Made by a program: the position numbers and the translations under genes. This document shows positions 41,848 through 52,847 of a stretch of 64,000 nt of DNA, piece after piece. The stretch spans positions 18,540,001-18,604,000 of the forward strand of contig CM097885.1 in assembly GCA_044892525.1 (NCBI GenBank), in the 5' to 3' direction. Under the pieces are notes generated by a model. It was not told the origin of the DNA. It did no database searches and worked only from the letters and a program-made list of their open reading frames with translations. The stretch comes from Schmidtea polychroa. Lineage: Eukaryota. Every line of letters begins with the position of its first letter. Position 1 is the stretch's first letter.

Positions 41848-42907
41848 CTACTTTACGAAAATATAGTGTCAAATGAGTTTTTGAGTCTTTTGGGAAGTTT
41901 ATAAGTTTTCCACTATCGTCACGAATATTTATTTCTATATTGTTTATACATGAGCTTGCTATTGGTAAATACATGAGATTATCGATATTTATATTGACAA
42001 CTTCATCATGTTCATATTTTCCAATCCATACCGATTTCAAAAGAGGAACACTGGAATCACCAACAATTATAGGCTCAATAATATTAGTATATATGAACAT
42101 TTGTTGATGATGTTCAAGTATTCTTGGTTTACGTATACCAGCCGATTTTTCCCGATATTGCTGCTTCTCTAATCCAAGTGTATTTGTCAAATTTTTATCA
42201 AATGTAACTTCGCAAATATCATCATTCAAACTGAAGGTAAACATCAAATCTTTCACAATGTCCAAACTTTTAAATATGTGTGAACAATTGTACTTTAAAT
42301 ATTTAAGTAACACATCAAGTTTATCAATATATAATTCGTCAGCAAAGGTGAATGATTCTTCAACTTCATTATTATACGACACTGATATTTTGATTTCTTC
42401 TCTCATTACACTGTTTGCTTCAAATAGATTAAAGCGTAATAAATATTCTGTTTCCATAACTTCATTTTTCAACTTATTGCAACCCAATCGTTTGGCATCT
42501 TCAATATATTCGAATGTTATTGTTAATGGTTTAAAATCACAACTGATATTTAATCCATCCTTGTAAAACATAGAGCAGTGCTGATCTAATAGTTGATTTG
42601 GAATATGATATGTTTTATCATAATTACTGATAATAAAGATACCGCTACATGTTTTCATAGCATTCCTTTTGAAATCAATCTTACATTGACTATAAAATGG
42701 GAATGTGTTGTACACGAATGTAAAATCTTGCAGTGCAACTTCCCAGTCCCCATTTAAAGAAATCGGATTCTGGAGATTGACCATGAATTTACTGGCTTGA
42801 TTATCTGGATGAATAAGCGGGCAACTATTGCTTGGTAAAATAGTATAAAAATTCACTTTACTAGATCCTTTTCTGATATCCATGATGGGTTTTGATAACC
42901 ATGCCAT
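41840..42907 (-). CDS. Minor capsid protein (B)
   Basis: FYTILPSNS..WEVAL..PLLKSVW..INNIEINIRDDSG. The codon that is ATG in C is GTG here (42856); in-frame ATGs exist upstream. Confidence 0.85.
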   Translation of the reverse strand: MAWLSKPIMDIRKGSSKVNFYTILPSNSCPLIHPDNQASKFMVNLQNPISLNGDWEVALQDFTFVYNTFPFYSQCKIDFKRNAMKTCSGIFIISNYDKTYHIPNQLLDQHCSMFYKDGLNISCDFKPLTITFEYIEDAKRLGCNKLKNEVMETEYLLRFNLFEANSVMREEIKISVSYNNEVEESFTFADELYIDKLDVLLKYLKYNCSHIFKSLDIVKDLMFTFSLNDDICEVTFDKNLTNTLGLEKQQYREKSAGIRKPRILEHHQQMFIYTNIIEPIIVGDSSVPLLKSVWIGKYEHDEVVNINIDNLMYLPIASSCINNIEINIRDDSGKLINFPKDSKTHLTLYFRKVDG

Positions 42908-43482
42908 TTGACATAGAATTGTTTATCCTTGCCGACCTTTTTAGTTTTCAATATCTTTTGAATTCTAAATACTTTTGGGGGAGGAATAACTTGTAATTCT
43001 TGCTCATAAAACTTTCCTTGTACAATATTGTTATCATAATCACTGATGACATACATTACTGGATTCTGACTAGTATTTATTTTTGAAATTACAAAGACTT
43101 CATCACTCCAATTTGTATCGAAATTTTTAATAAATGGTGATGCACTAATTTTACTAATTCTAACATGGTCACCGACTTTATATTTAGGTTTTGCAATTTT
43201 TACAGATTTCTTAGAATAGATTGTTTTTGATGTAATATCAACCGGTCTCAATCCATTAAGTCCTCGATGTGATGAATGATTATAACTTGTTATTATTTTC
43301 GGTAAAGCATTTACCCATTTTTTATTACCTTGATGCACGAACAATTTCTTTAATCTATCTCTCAATGTTCGATTAAATCTTTCAACATGGGCAGCTTTGT
43401 ATTGAGAATGTACCGAGTAGTGATTTATTTTCAGTTTATCGAGGATTTGCTTGACTTTACTGTTGTAGAATTCTTTACCTAA

Positions 43483-43553
<71 letters not shown>

Positions 43554-43587
43554 CTAAATCTGTTTGCAAGTTATTAGGATGTCCATC
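42853..43587 (-). pseudogene. INT: Integrase of B, 3' part (disrupted by element C); (ATT)n intron 43479-43553
   Basis: DGHPNNLQTDLG^KEF..VERFNRTL..chromodomain VKWHGY. Confidence 0.92.
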
Positions 43588-44945
<1,358 letters not shown>

Positions 44946-45514
44946 CTAAATATTGATGTACTACTATTCGCAGCAATATTGTTAGAAATTGGTAACGTTG
45001 AATTGATTTTCAGATATTCTATTGATCCTTTGATTGTTTGAATTTCTCTTAATAATAATTCAATCTTTTTTAACAAATAATCATGCTTCTTATCAATAAT
45101 CTTCATATTCTTTTTATTTTCAGTAATAGAGTTATTGAAAACCTCAATATGATCAATCAATTTAATTTTTATATTTTGTATATATTCAAATGTTAGTTCA
45201 TAACTGTTTTCTAAATTCTCCAATCTTTGAGATATTCTTTTTCCTGGATGCTTTGACCATTTTGGTTTATCGAGAATATATAAAATATCCATCAACTTGG
45301 CTGTATTCGGACAAACACATATTGATTTATTAAAAGACTCCACCGTTATTGTTGTATTGTGTGAGCACACACTCGTTATAATAATTAGCAATATGAATAG
45401 AGTTTTCATGGTGTATCAAATCAAAACCTTTCTTTTACATTTATAGTCTATCAACCAATCAAAATCATCCGGTATTAGTATAAATAAAACATCATATTTT
45501 AAATTATTGTAAAA

Positions 45515-46035
45515 ATGTCTCAATTTATGGAAAATCTTTTAAGAGAACTCGTCAACAGGAATATTATGGAAAGCCTATGTTTCCTGGTCGATCGGACCGA
45601 AAAGATTATAGAAGGTAATCACATTGATTATGACGATGTGATCAATTCTGATTGTCTCGAAACCAAAAAATTCTATTTTAATAGAATTTTTAACTGTCTA
45701 TGCGACGATCAGATGAAGTGGACCCGAATACTAGTAGGGTTCGCTTATATGAAAATAATAATCCAAAGAAGTCTATGGGACTCAGAGCACTATTATCAGT
45801 GGTCTCAAGAAGTAATACTTTTATAATTTATATTTTATTAATATTTATTTTCTAGATAATCAAGTCAAAGTTTCAACCATGGATTGAAGCCAATGGCGGA
45901 TGGGGAGTACTCAATCAACTCGCCAGAAATGCAAAAGAAATAGACGATCAGAAAAGAAAATTTAAAAACTATGTAAAACTTGCAACAGGTGTTGCTATTT
46001 TGTATATTTTAACCAGATTTTTAAATAAAAATTAA
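45515..46035 (+). CDS. Bcl-2-family protein (C), join(45515..45811,45856..46035), 158 aa
   Basis: MKWTRILVGFAY; PWIEANGGW; tail anchor ATGVAILYILTR; same intron position as in B. Confidence 0.82.
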
Positions 46036-46118
46036 TATAGTTATTTTTGTTTGATTTTTAAATAAATTTTTAAATAACATTTTAAATAAATTTACAAACA
46101 CTAATTAACTAAGATTTA

Positions 46119-46412
46119 TTAATTAACACATTCGCAGTCGTCATCTCCACATTTCATTATATTTTCAACGACATGATCAATACAATCATTCGTAATATTA
46201 TCTTTAGATTCATCTTTAGGTTCCTCTATAGGTTCCTCTATAGGTTCATAGATTTCCTCTTGAGTTTCTTCCTCATCAATTTCTTGAGTTTCTTCCTCAT
46301 CATCAAATCCTGTATCTTGACTCTCAACTAACCAGCCGATATTTAAGGCATTTGTAATAGATAATATATCCTCCATTTTCACACCAGATATTTCTGCTAA
46401 CTTTTCCAACAA
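46119..46412 (-). CDS. Small acidic protein (C); short upstream exon near 46475-46490 likely
   Basis: Homologue of 60757-61091. Confidence 0.62.
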   Translation of the reverse strand: MLEKLAEISGVKMEDILSITNALNIGWLVESQDTGFDDEEETQEIDEEETQEEIYEPIEEPIEEPKDESKDNITNDCIDHVVENIMKCGDDDCECVN

Positions 46413-46624
46413 AAAGTTGATTAAAAATTCTAAATAATAAATAATTCGGTAATTAATTAATTAATCATGTTAACCTTTTTCTACAGTCATTTTCATCACT
46501 TTAAAACTAAATTATAAGTTTGTTTATAGATTTTCTTTGTTAAATTTGCATGTCATTTGCATTTATGTTGCAATTAATAAAGAGAAAAAAACAAATCTGA
46601 CTAATACATTTATTAAATATAACA

Positions 46625-47035
46625 TTAAAATATTTGTGAAAGTCTAGCAGACATAATTTTCCAAATAGGAGAATATACATCATTATTATCAACTTTATAT
46701 CCCTGGATTGCAATTGTTATATACCAATTTTCATTTTCTTTGAAAGCGATTTCATCAAAGGAATCATAAAATCTTGCATATTTATTGTTGAACCATGCAT
46801 GTTGATTACACGATAGATTCGAATCTATCCGTTTAAAAACATCATCAATAGTTTTGACATCAATCATTGAAAGCGTGCCGGATAAGAATTCAAATTTAGT
46901 TGGAATTAGCTTGACTGGTGCAACCAATTTCATATTGATTTCTTCTTTCAAAAAATACATTTTGTAGTTGTGGAACATTTGAACTGGTTGTACCATTTCT
47001 TTAGGTTTTTCGGTGCTTGAAATTTTCTTGGTCAT
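46625..47035 (-). CDS. Conserved 136-aa 'SPIWKI' protein (C)
   Basis: Homologue in B; pseudogene in A. Confidence 0.8.
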   Translation of the reverse strand: MTKKISSTEKPKEMVQPVQMFHNYKMYFLKEEINMKLVAPVKLIPTKFEFLSGTLSMIDVKTIDDVFKRIDSNLSCNQHAWFNNKYARFYDSFDEIAFKENENWYITIAIQGYKVDNNDVYSPIWKIMSARLSQIF

Positions 47036-47395
47036 CGTGAATAATGAATAAATTTAAATGTTACAGGGTTTTTATACCTTTGACTCATGCCTATCAACCA
47101 ATCAGATTATAGCATGTCTTTGTTTAAATTGCATTCAAAATGCATTGATGTTGCATTGTCACATGTTCTATTTACAGATTTATTATTAATGTTTAAATTA
47201 TTACATGTTTTGATATATGTACAGATTTATTATTAATATGTTTCATTATTATTAATGTTTTTACTATTAATACTATTCATATTTCTATTACTATTATTAT
47301 TATTATTACTATTATTATTATTACTATTATTATTTCAAATATAAAACACAATAAAACACAATAAAAAAGATAAAACACAATAAAAAATACATTTA

Positions 47396-47809
47396 TTAAT
47401 AACCCAAATCTACAATCTTGGAGTAGTGAAACCTTCTCAGAGTTTTCACTAACTCCCATTCGACATATCGCCGATATCGATCGGCGCAACATGAGCATCC
47501 GATGATGCACTGGTACTCTGGCTCCATTTGTTTGATGGTTCTGTTAATCTTTATATCCCACAGAAACTGGTGAAATACATCCATGATTCGAATTTGAGTC
47601 GCATAGAATATCAGATCTGGAATGATCTCAGGTTCGCGATCCTTGATAATTTCAATAATTTGAGGATAATAATATTTTATCCTTTTTATCATAACTTCTA
47701 AATATTTCTCTAAAATAATAAATAGTAAATAATGTGAAAAAAAAATTTTAAATTTACCGGAATCGTCGATATCTTTCATGAGGGTTGCAGAGCTTGGTAA
47801 TTTGTACAT
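47396..47809 (-). CDS. CxxGCxCC protein (C), intron 47710-47757
   Basis: YYPQI..PEIIPDL..CIIGCSCC. Confidence 0.7.
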   Translation of the reverse strand: MYKLPSSATLMKDIDDSGKFKIFFSHYLLFIILEKYLEVMIKRIKYYYPQIIEIIKDREPEIIPDLIFYATQIRIMDVFHQFLWDIKINRTIKQMEPEYQCIIGCSCCADRYRRYVEWELVKTLRRFHYSKIVDLGY

Positions 47810-47882
47810 AGTGTTGAAAAAATGAATTCTAAACAAAAACCGTTTGTTTAAATCAATCAATAACCAATTAGAAATTAACCAA

Positions 47883-48320
47883 TTAGAAATCGACCAATGA
47901 AATTATCTCATTTCGAACATTGTCAACAAATTCTCTATACTCCAAATTTCTCAACCCCAACATGACAACCTTTCCACTAGCAAACACGTTGACACATATA
48001 GGGTTATATTTTAATAGTCTTAGTGCCGGAAACAATTCCGGTTCAAACATACAATCACATTTTTTCGACATGTTATATAGATTGATACTATGTCCCATAT
48101 CCATAGTAACGGTAATTGATTGGATTTTAATATTATTTATTCGATATTGTAATTTATTAATATCCAAAGGTTTCTTACATCCCATGATTCTGCATTTACC
48201 AGTCTTGAAAAATATTATCGGATATTTCCCACTTCTATCGATAATTTGCTGGGGTTTCCCTGGTGGGAACCTCATATTCGATACATCAAAATTTCCTCGA
48301 TAATTTATATTTGCTAACAT
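47883..48320 (-). CDS. TBP-like protein (C)
   Basis: FFKTGKCRIMG; FEPELFPALR..NVFASGKVVMLG. Confidence 0.85.
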   Translation of the reverse strand: MLANINYRGNFDVSNMRFPPGKPQQIIDRSGKYPIIFFKTGKCRIMGCKKPLDINKLQYRINNIKIQSITVTMDMGHSINLYNMSKKCDCMFEPELFPALRLLKYNPICVNVFASGKVVMLGLRNLEYREFVDNVRNEIISLVDF

Positions 48321-48419
48321 TATTAAATCATTTATGAAAATTAGTCTTTATATACAAATTGAGCACGAGTTCATTAAATCATCGAATATAAACAAATACA
48401 CATTTATAAAATATTTGAA

Positions 48420-49046
48420 ATGGAATTAAGAAATGATGCTGTATACCAAATCGTTGGTCCGAGTGGTAGTGGAAAAACATTATTTGTTTGTAAATTACTA
48501 AAATCCAATTTATTCAAATCAAAATTCAACAGGATTTATTGGCATAGGGGTGCTGATGAAGAACATGGATTAACTCAATCAAGTTTCTGTAAATTAAAAA
48601 ACATGAAAATAGTAAAGGGATTCGATAAAAACTGGTCCAGCCGATTAAAGAAAGGCGATGTCATTATTATCGATGATTTGTATCAAGAAGCTAATAAAGA
48701 AAAAGATTTTAATAATTTATTTACAAAGATTAGCAGACATGTCGGTGTAACAGTTATTTTCATAACTCAAAATCTATTTCATCAAGGTGGGGCACATCGA
48801 ACACGTAATTTAAATGTACAATATTTAGTCATTTTCAAGAATCCTAGAGATGCAACAGTGATTGATTTTCTTGCACGTCAAGCATACCCTAACAATCGTA
48901 ATTTTCTTATCAGTGCATTTCAAGATGCTACAAAAATACCTCATGGATATATATTTCTTGATTTCACACAACAATGTCCTGATGATTTACGTGTAAAAAC
49001 AGATATTTTCAACCCAAAAGGTGCCATGGTTTATAAACAAAGTTGA
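48420..49046 (+). CDS. ATP: Packaging ATPase (C)
   Basis: GPSGSGKT, IIIDD, ITQNLF. Confidence 0.93.
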   Translation: MELRNDAVYQIVGPSGSGKTLFVCKLLKSNLFKSKFNRIYWHRGADEEHGLTQSSFCKLKNMKIVKGFDKNWSSRLKKGDVIIIDDLYQEANKEKDFNNLFTKISRHVGVTVIFITQNLFHQGGAHRTRNLNVQYLVIFKNPRDATVIDFLARQAYPNNRNFLISAFQDATKIPHGYIFLDFTQQCPDDLRVKTDIFNPKGAMVYKQS

Positions 49047-49064
49047 AAACCTCTATGAATAATA

Positions 49065-49598
49065 ATGTTTCTAAAAGCAAGGGTGAAAAATATTAGGAAA
49101 TTAAGAAAAGGTATTAGAAAGACTATTAAAGTTCCAAAGGTTCCACCAACAACTAGTTATACACCATCTAAAAAACTTGTAACTGAAAATTTCTCTGCAA
49201 TGAATCTTATTTCGAAAAATCCTAAACCTAAACGTAAAACCCGTAAAACCCGTAAAACCGGTAAAAAAGTAGTTAAAAATCATCGCAGTTTTCCATTTTT
49301 TAATGCATTGTTAAAGGCTCCGAGTATGAAAAGAATGAATATATTGCAATCATTCCCAAATTTTGTTGTCGATGATTTACTCAATATTATACTTAAAGTA
49401 GTCAAAGGCAAAATTAAAATCAGTAAATCAAAAAAGCATTTATTGAGCAAACATAGGAAACCTTTATTATCTTTAGTAAATAATAAAAATCGTAAGCAAA
49501 TGAGGAAAATTATATATAAACAACAAGGTGGATTTATTGGTGCCTTGATACCTCTGGCATTATCATTATTAGGTGGAGTTGTAGGAAATCAATCATAA
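49065..49598 (+). CDS. Basic core protein precursor (C)
   Basis: Lys/Arg-rich; ends QQGG-FIGALIPLALSLLGG. Confidence 0.78.
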   Translation: MFLKARVKNIRKLRKGIRKTIKVPKVPPTTSYTPSKKLVTENFSAMNLISKNPKPKRKTRKTRKTGKKVVKNHRSFPFFNALLKAPSMKRMNILQSFPNFVVDDLLNIILKVVKGKIKISKSKKHLLSKHRKPLLSLVNNKNRKQMRKIIYKQQGGFIGALIPLALSLLGGVVGNQS

Positions 49599-49601
49599 AC
49601 A

Positions 49602-49829
49602 ATGGGTGCTAATCCTTCATTGCCCGACATTAAATTTAATTTTAAATCTTCTTGTTGTAATGGAGAAGATTTGGACGAACCCAGAAGACGAAGCCGGTTT
49701 CGGTGGAGTGGCAAAATTAAACAAAAGAGTTCCGAATTCGAAAAAAGAAACCCAGAAGTGGTTATCAGATCAGCTTGCGTACAGTTTGAACAAACCAATG
49801 CGGAAAAGATTTCCAACAAGAGCGTATAA
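49602..49829 (+). CDS. Overprinted MGANPS..CC small protein (C)
   Basis: 75 aa, overlapping the integrase start in another frame. Confidence 0.62.
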   Translation: MGANPSLPDIKFNFKSSCCNGEDLDEPRRRSRFRWSGKIKQKSSEFEKRNPEVVIRSACVQFEQTNAEKISNKSV

Positions 49830-50047
49830 AACATTTGGTATTGACGATTTATGGCAAATGGATTTGATGGAGATGATACCATATTCGAAAATTAACAATG
49901 GGAATAAATATATTTTAACATGTATTAATGTATACAGCAGGTTTGCACGAGCAATACCAGTCAAGGCAAAATCTGCAGAAGAAATGTCCAAGGCAATTAA
50001 TATTTTATTTAAAGATGGACATCCTAATAATTTGCAAACAGATTTAG

Positions 50048-50109
<62 letters not shown>

Positions 50110-50739
50110 TTAGGTAAAGAATTCTACAATAGCAAAGTTAAGCAAATCCTCGATAAACTGAAAATAAATCACTACTCGGTACATTCTCAATACAAAGCTG
50201 CCCATGTTGAAAGATTTAATCGAACATTGAGAGATAGATTAAAGAAATTGTTCGTGCATCAAGGTAATAAAAAATGGGTAAATGCTTTACCGAAAATAAT
50301 AACAAGTTATAATCATTCATCACATCGAAGACTGAATGGATTGAGACCGGTTGATATTACATCAAAAACACCATTATCTAAAAAATCTGTAAAAATTGCA
50401 AAACCTAAATATAAAGTCGGTGACCATGTTAGAATTAGTAAAATTAGTGCATCACCATTTATTAAAAATTTTGATACAAATTGGAGTGATGAAGTCTTTG
50501 TAATTTCAAAAATAAATACTAAACAGAATCCTGTAATGTATGTCATCAAAGACAATGATAATAATATTGTACAGGGGAAATTTTATGAGCAGGAATTACA
50601 AGTCATTCCTCCCCCAAAAGTATTTAGAATTCAAAAAATATTGAAAACTAAAAAGGTCGGTAAGGATAAACAATACTATATCAAATGGCACGGTTATCAA
50701 AACCCGTCATGGATATCGTCAAAAGACCTAGTAAAATGA
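49660..50739 (+). CDS. INT: Integrase with C-terminal chromodomain (C), intron 50048-50113; apparently intact
   Basis: WQMDL, QTDLG^KEF, VERFNRTL; FRIQKILK..YYIKWHGY..SWI. Confidence 0.92.
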
Positions 50740-51740
50740 ATTTTTATATTATTTTACCTAGCAATAGCTGTCCACTTATTCATCCAGATAATAAAGCCAG
50801 CAAATTCAGGGTCAATCTTCAAAATCCGATATTTTTGGATAATAGCTGGGAAGTTGCTCTGTTGGATTTTACATTTGTATACCAAGCCTTTCCATTTTAT
50901 AGTAAGGCTAAAATTGGATACAAAAAGAATGAGTGGCAGGATAGATTATTGTCTATGATCATTGATAATGCAGATGATGAAGTTCGGTTGTCTAACTCAA
51001 CTGATCCAGCTGTGAAAATGTATATTAACCATTCATATATAGTAGTTGAATGTAAACATTATCCTTTTACTGTAAAATTTGATAGTTTGGAAATGGCAAA
51101 ACGATTGGAATTAAAAACCCAAAGTCATAAAGTTCTTTCCGATAAATTCACTATGCTACGACCGGGATATTCCAAAACTGTACAGCGATTTGAACCAATT
51201 TTATTTACAGTTTCATATCCGGGTATAACGTCTGGTACATTTGAGTTCAAAGATAATTTATACATTTCGAAATTGGATGAATTACAGACATATTTAAAAC
51301 AAAGTGGTTTATTTAAATCATTGGAAATATCAGACAGATTCAAATTCAGTTTGAATCCCGAATTTACTGAAATTACTTTTGATGCAAATCTAATAAAAAC
51401 ATTAGGATTATCAAAAGCAACATATGCTCAAGATGATCAAGGTACCCTAGCTCCGAAAATAATTAAACTTCACCAACAAATGTTCATCTATAGTAATATT
51501 GTTGATCCTGTAATTGTTGGCGATTCTTTGGTCCCACTCCTGAAATCTGTTTGGATTGAAAAATATGAACATGATGAAGTAGTCAATATAAATATCGATA
51601 ATCCCATGTATTTACCTGTGTCAACCTCATGTATAAACAATATAGAAATAAATATACGTGATGATTCTGGTAAATTAATCGCATTTCCAAAAGATTCAAA
51701 AACTCATTTAACATTACATTTTCGTAAAGTAGATGGCTAA
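50736..51740 (+). CDS. Minor capsid protein (C)
   Basis: MNFYIILPSNS..WEVAL..; ATG overlaps the integrase TGA. Confidence 0.86.
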   Translation: MNFYIILPSNSCPLIHPDNKASKFRVNLQNPIFLDNSWEVALLDFTFVYQAFPFYSKAKIGYKKNEWQDRLLSMIIDNADDEVRLSNSTDPAVKMYINHSYIVVECKHYPFTVKFDSLEMAKRLELKTQSHKVLSDKFTMLRPGYSKTVQRFEPILFTVSYPGITSGTFEFKDNLYISKLDELQTYLKQSGLFKSLEISDRFKFSLNPEFTEITFDANLIKTLGLSKATYAQDDQGTLAPKIIKLHQQMFIYSNIVDPVIVGDSLVPLLKSVWIEKYEHDEVVNINIDNPMYLPVSTSCINNIEINIRDDSGKLIAFPKDSKTHLTLHFRKVDG

Positions 51741-52098
51741 TTCGGATATTATAAGTATGTATAGTGGTAGCCAATCTGGCGGTGAATTACCATATTTTAT
51801 TGGTAAACAGTACGGATCAGGATGGTTGAGAACAATTGGTAGATTTGCACTTCCTATTCTTAAACGTATTGGTAGTTTTGGTATGAAAACTGCTAAAGAT
51901 GTTATTATGAATGAACAGAAAATATTACCATCTCTAAAATCAAATGCTTTAGCAGAATTAGGGAAAGTTTTACCCGGGGTTGCAGGTATGTTTCAAAAAC
52001 CAGCTCCAGCTCCAGCTCATGCTCCAAAACGTAAAAGACATGGAATATCACGTATAAACAAACGAATGAAAGGCCATGGAACTATATTTGCAAAATGA
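51733..52098 (+). CDS. Small virion/core precursor (C)
   Basis: Near-identical to 41485-41847. Confidence 0.75.
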   Translation: MANSDIISMYSGSQSGGELPYFIGKQYGSGWLRTIGRFALPILKRIGSFGMKTAKDVIMNEQKILPSLKSNALAELGKVLPGVAGMFQKPAPAPAHAPKRKRHGISRINKRMKGHGTIFAK

Positions 52099-52847
52099 TT
52101 TGTGGTAAATCTGAATTATGTATATTTGATAGACCGTCGCCCCAGGCTGTAATAGAATTTGGGGCGTTTGAGGAAGTTTTTCCAATGAATTCAATTACTG
52201 ATAGTAGAAATGATATAGAGTTTTATATTAATGGTTCGCAAACTGAATATTTAGATTTGAACGATACTTTATTGACTGTTCAGATCAAGGTTATAGATAA
52301 AGATAAAAAAGCTTTGGGTGATGCTGCTGATGCAATACCGAACAATTTCATGTTTCATACTCTTTTTAAAGATGCTGTGTTGGGATTTAATAATATCAAG
52401 ATTGAAGGTGGTAATAATACATTCATTCACAAGGCTTTGATAGAAACTATTTTAAATTACAATTCCGATACTAAAAATACATGTCTTACTCCAATGGGAT
52501 ATGCTGCAACCGACGATGAAAGAAAAAAGTGGATTAAAGGCTCAAAAACATTCACCATGTGTTCATCGTTACAACTCGATTTTATGGATCAACCGAAATA
52601 TTTGCTTCCAGGAGTTAATGTCCACATTCGATTGAAAAGATCCGATTCTGCACTAACTCTTACTAGTGCTACAGGTGCACCAATATGTCAATTAGTTGAT
52701 GCAAAATTATTGGTGAGAAGAGTTCGAGTAGACCCCTCAGTATTAGCTGGTCATCAATTGGGTCTTAATTCAAAACATGCAATTTATCCCTTAAAAACAA
52801 AGGAAATTGTACAATTTGCTATTGCTAAAGGTGCTTCATCATTCTAA
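52095..52847 (+). pseudogene. PY: Major capsid protein (C), truncated at aa 250 by a deletion
   Basis: Matches B's MCP to ..AKGASSF, then switches to PolB sequence. Confidence 0.9.
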
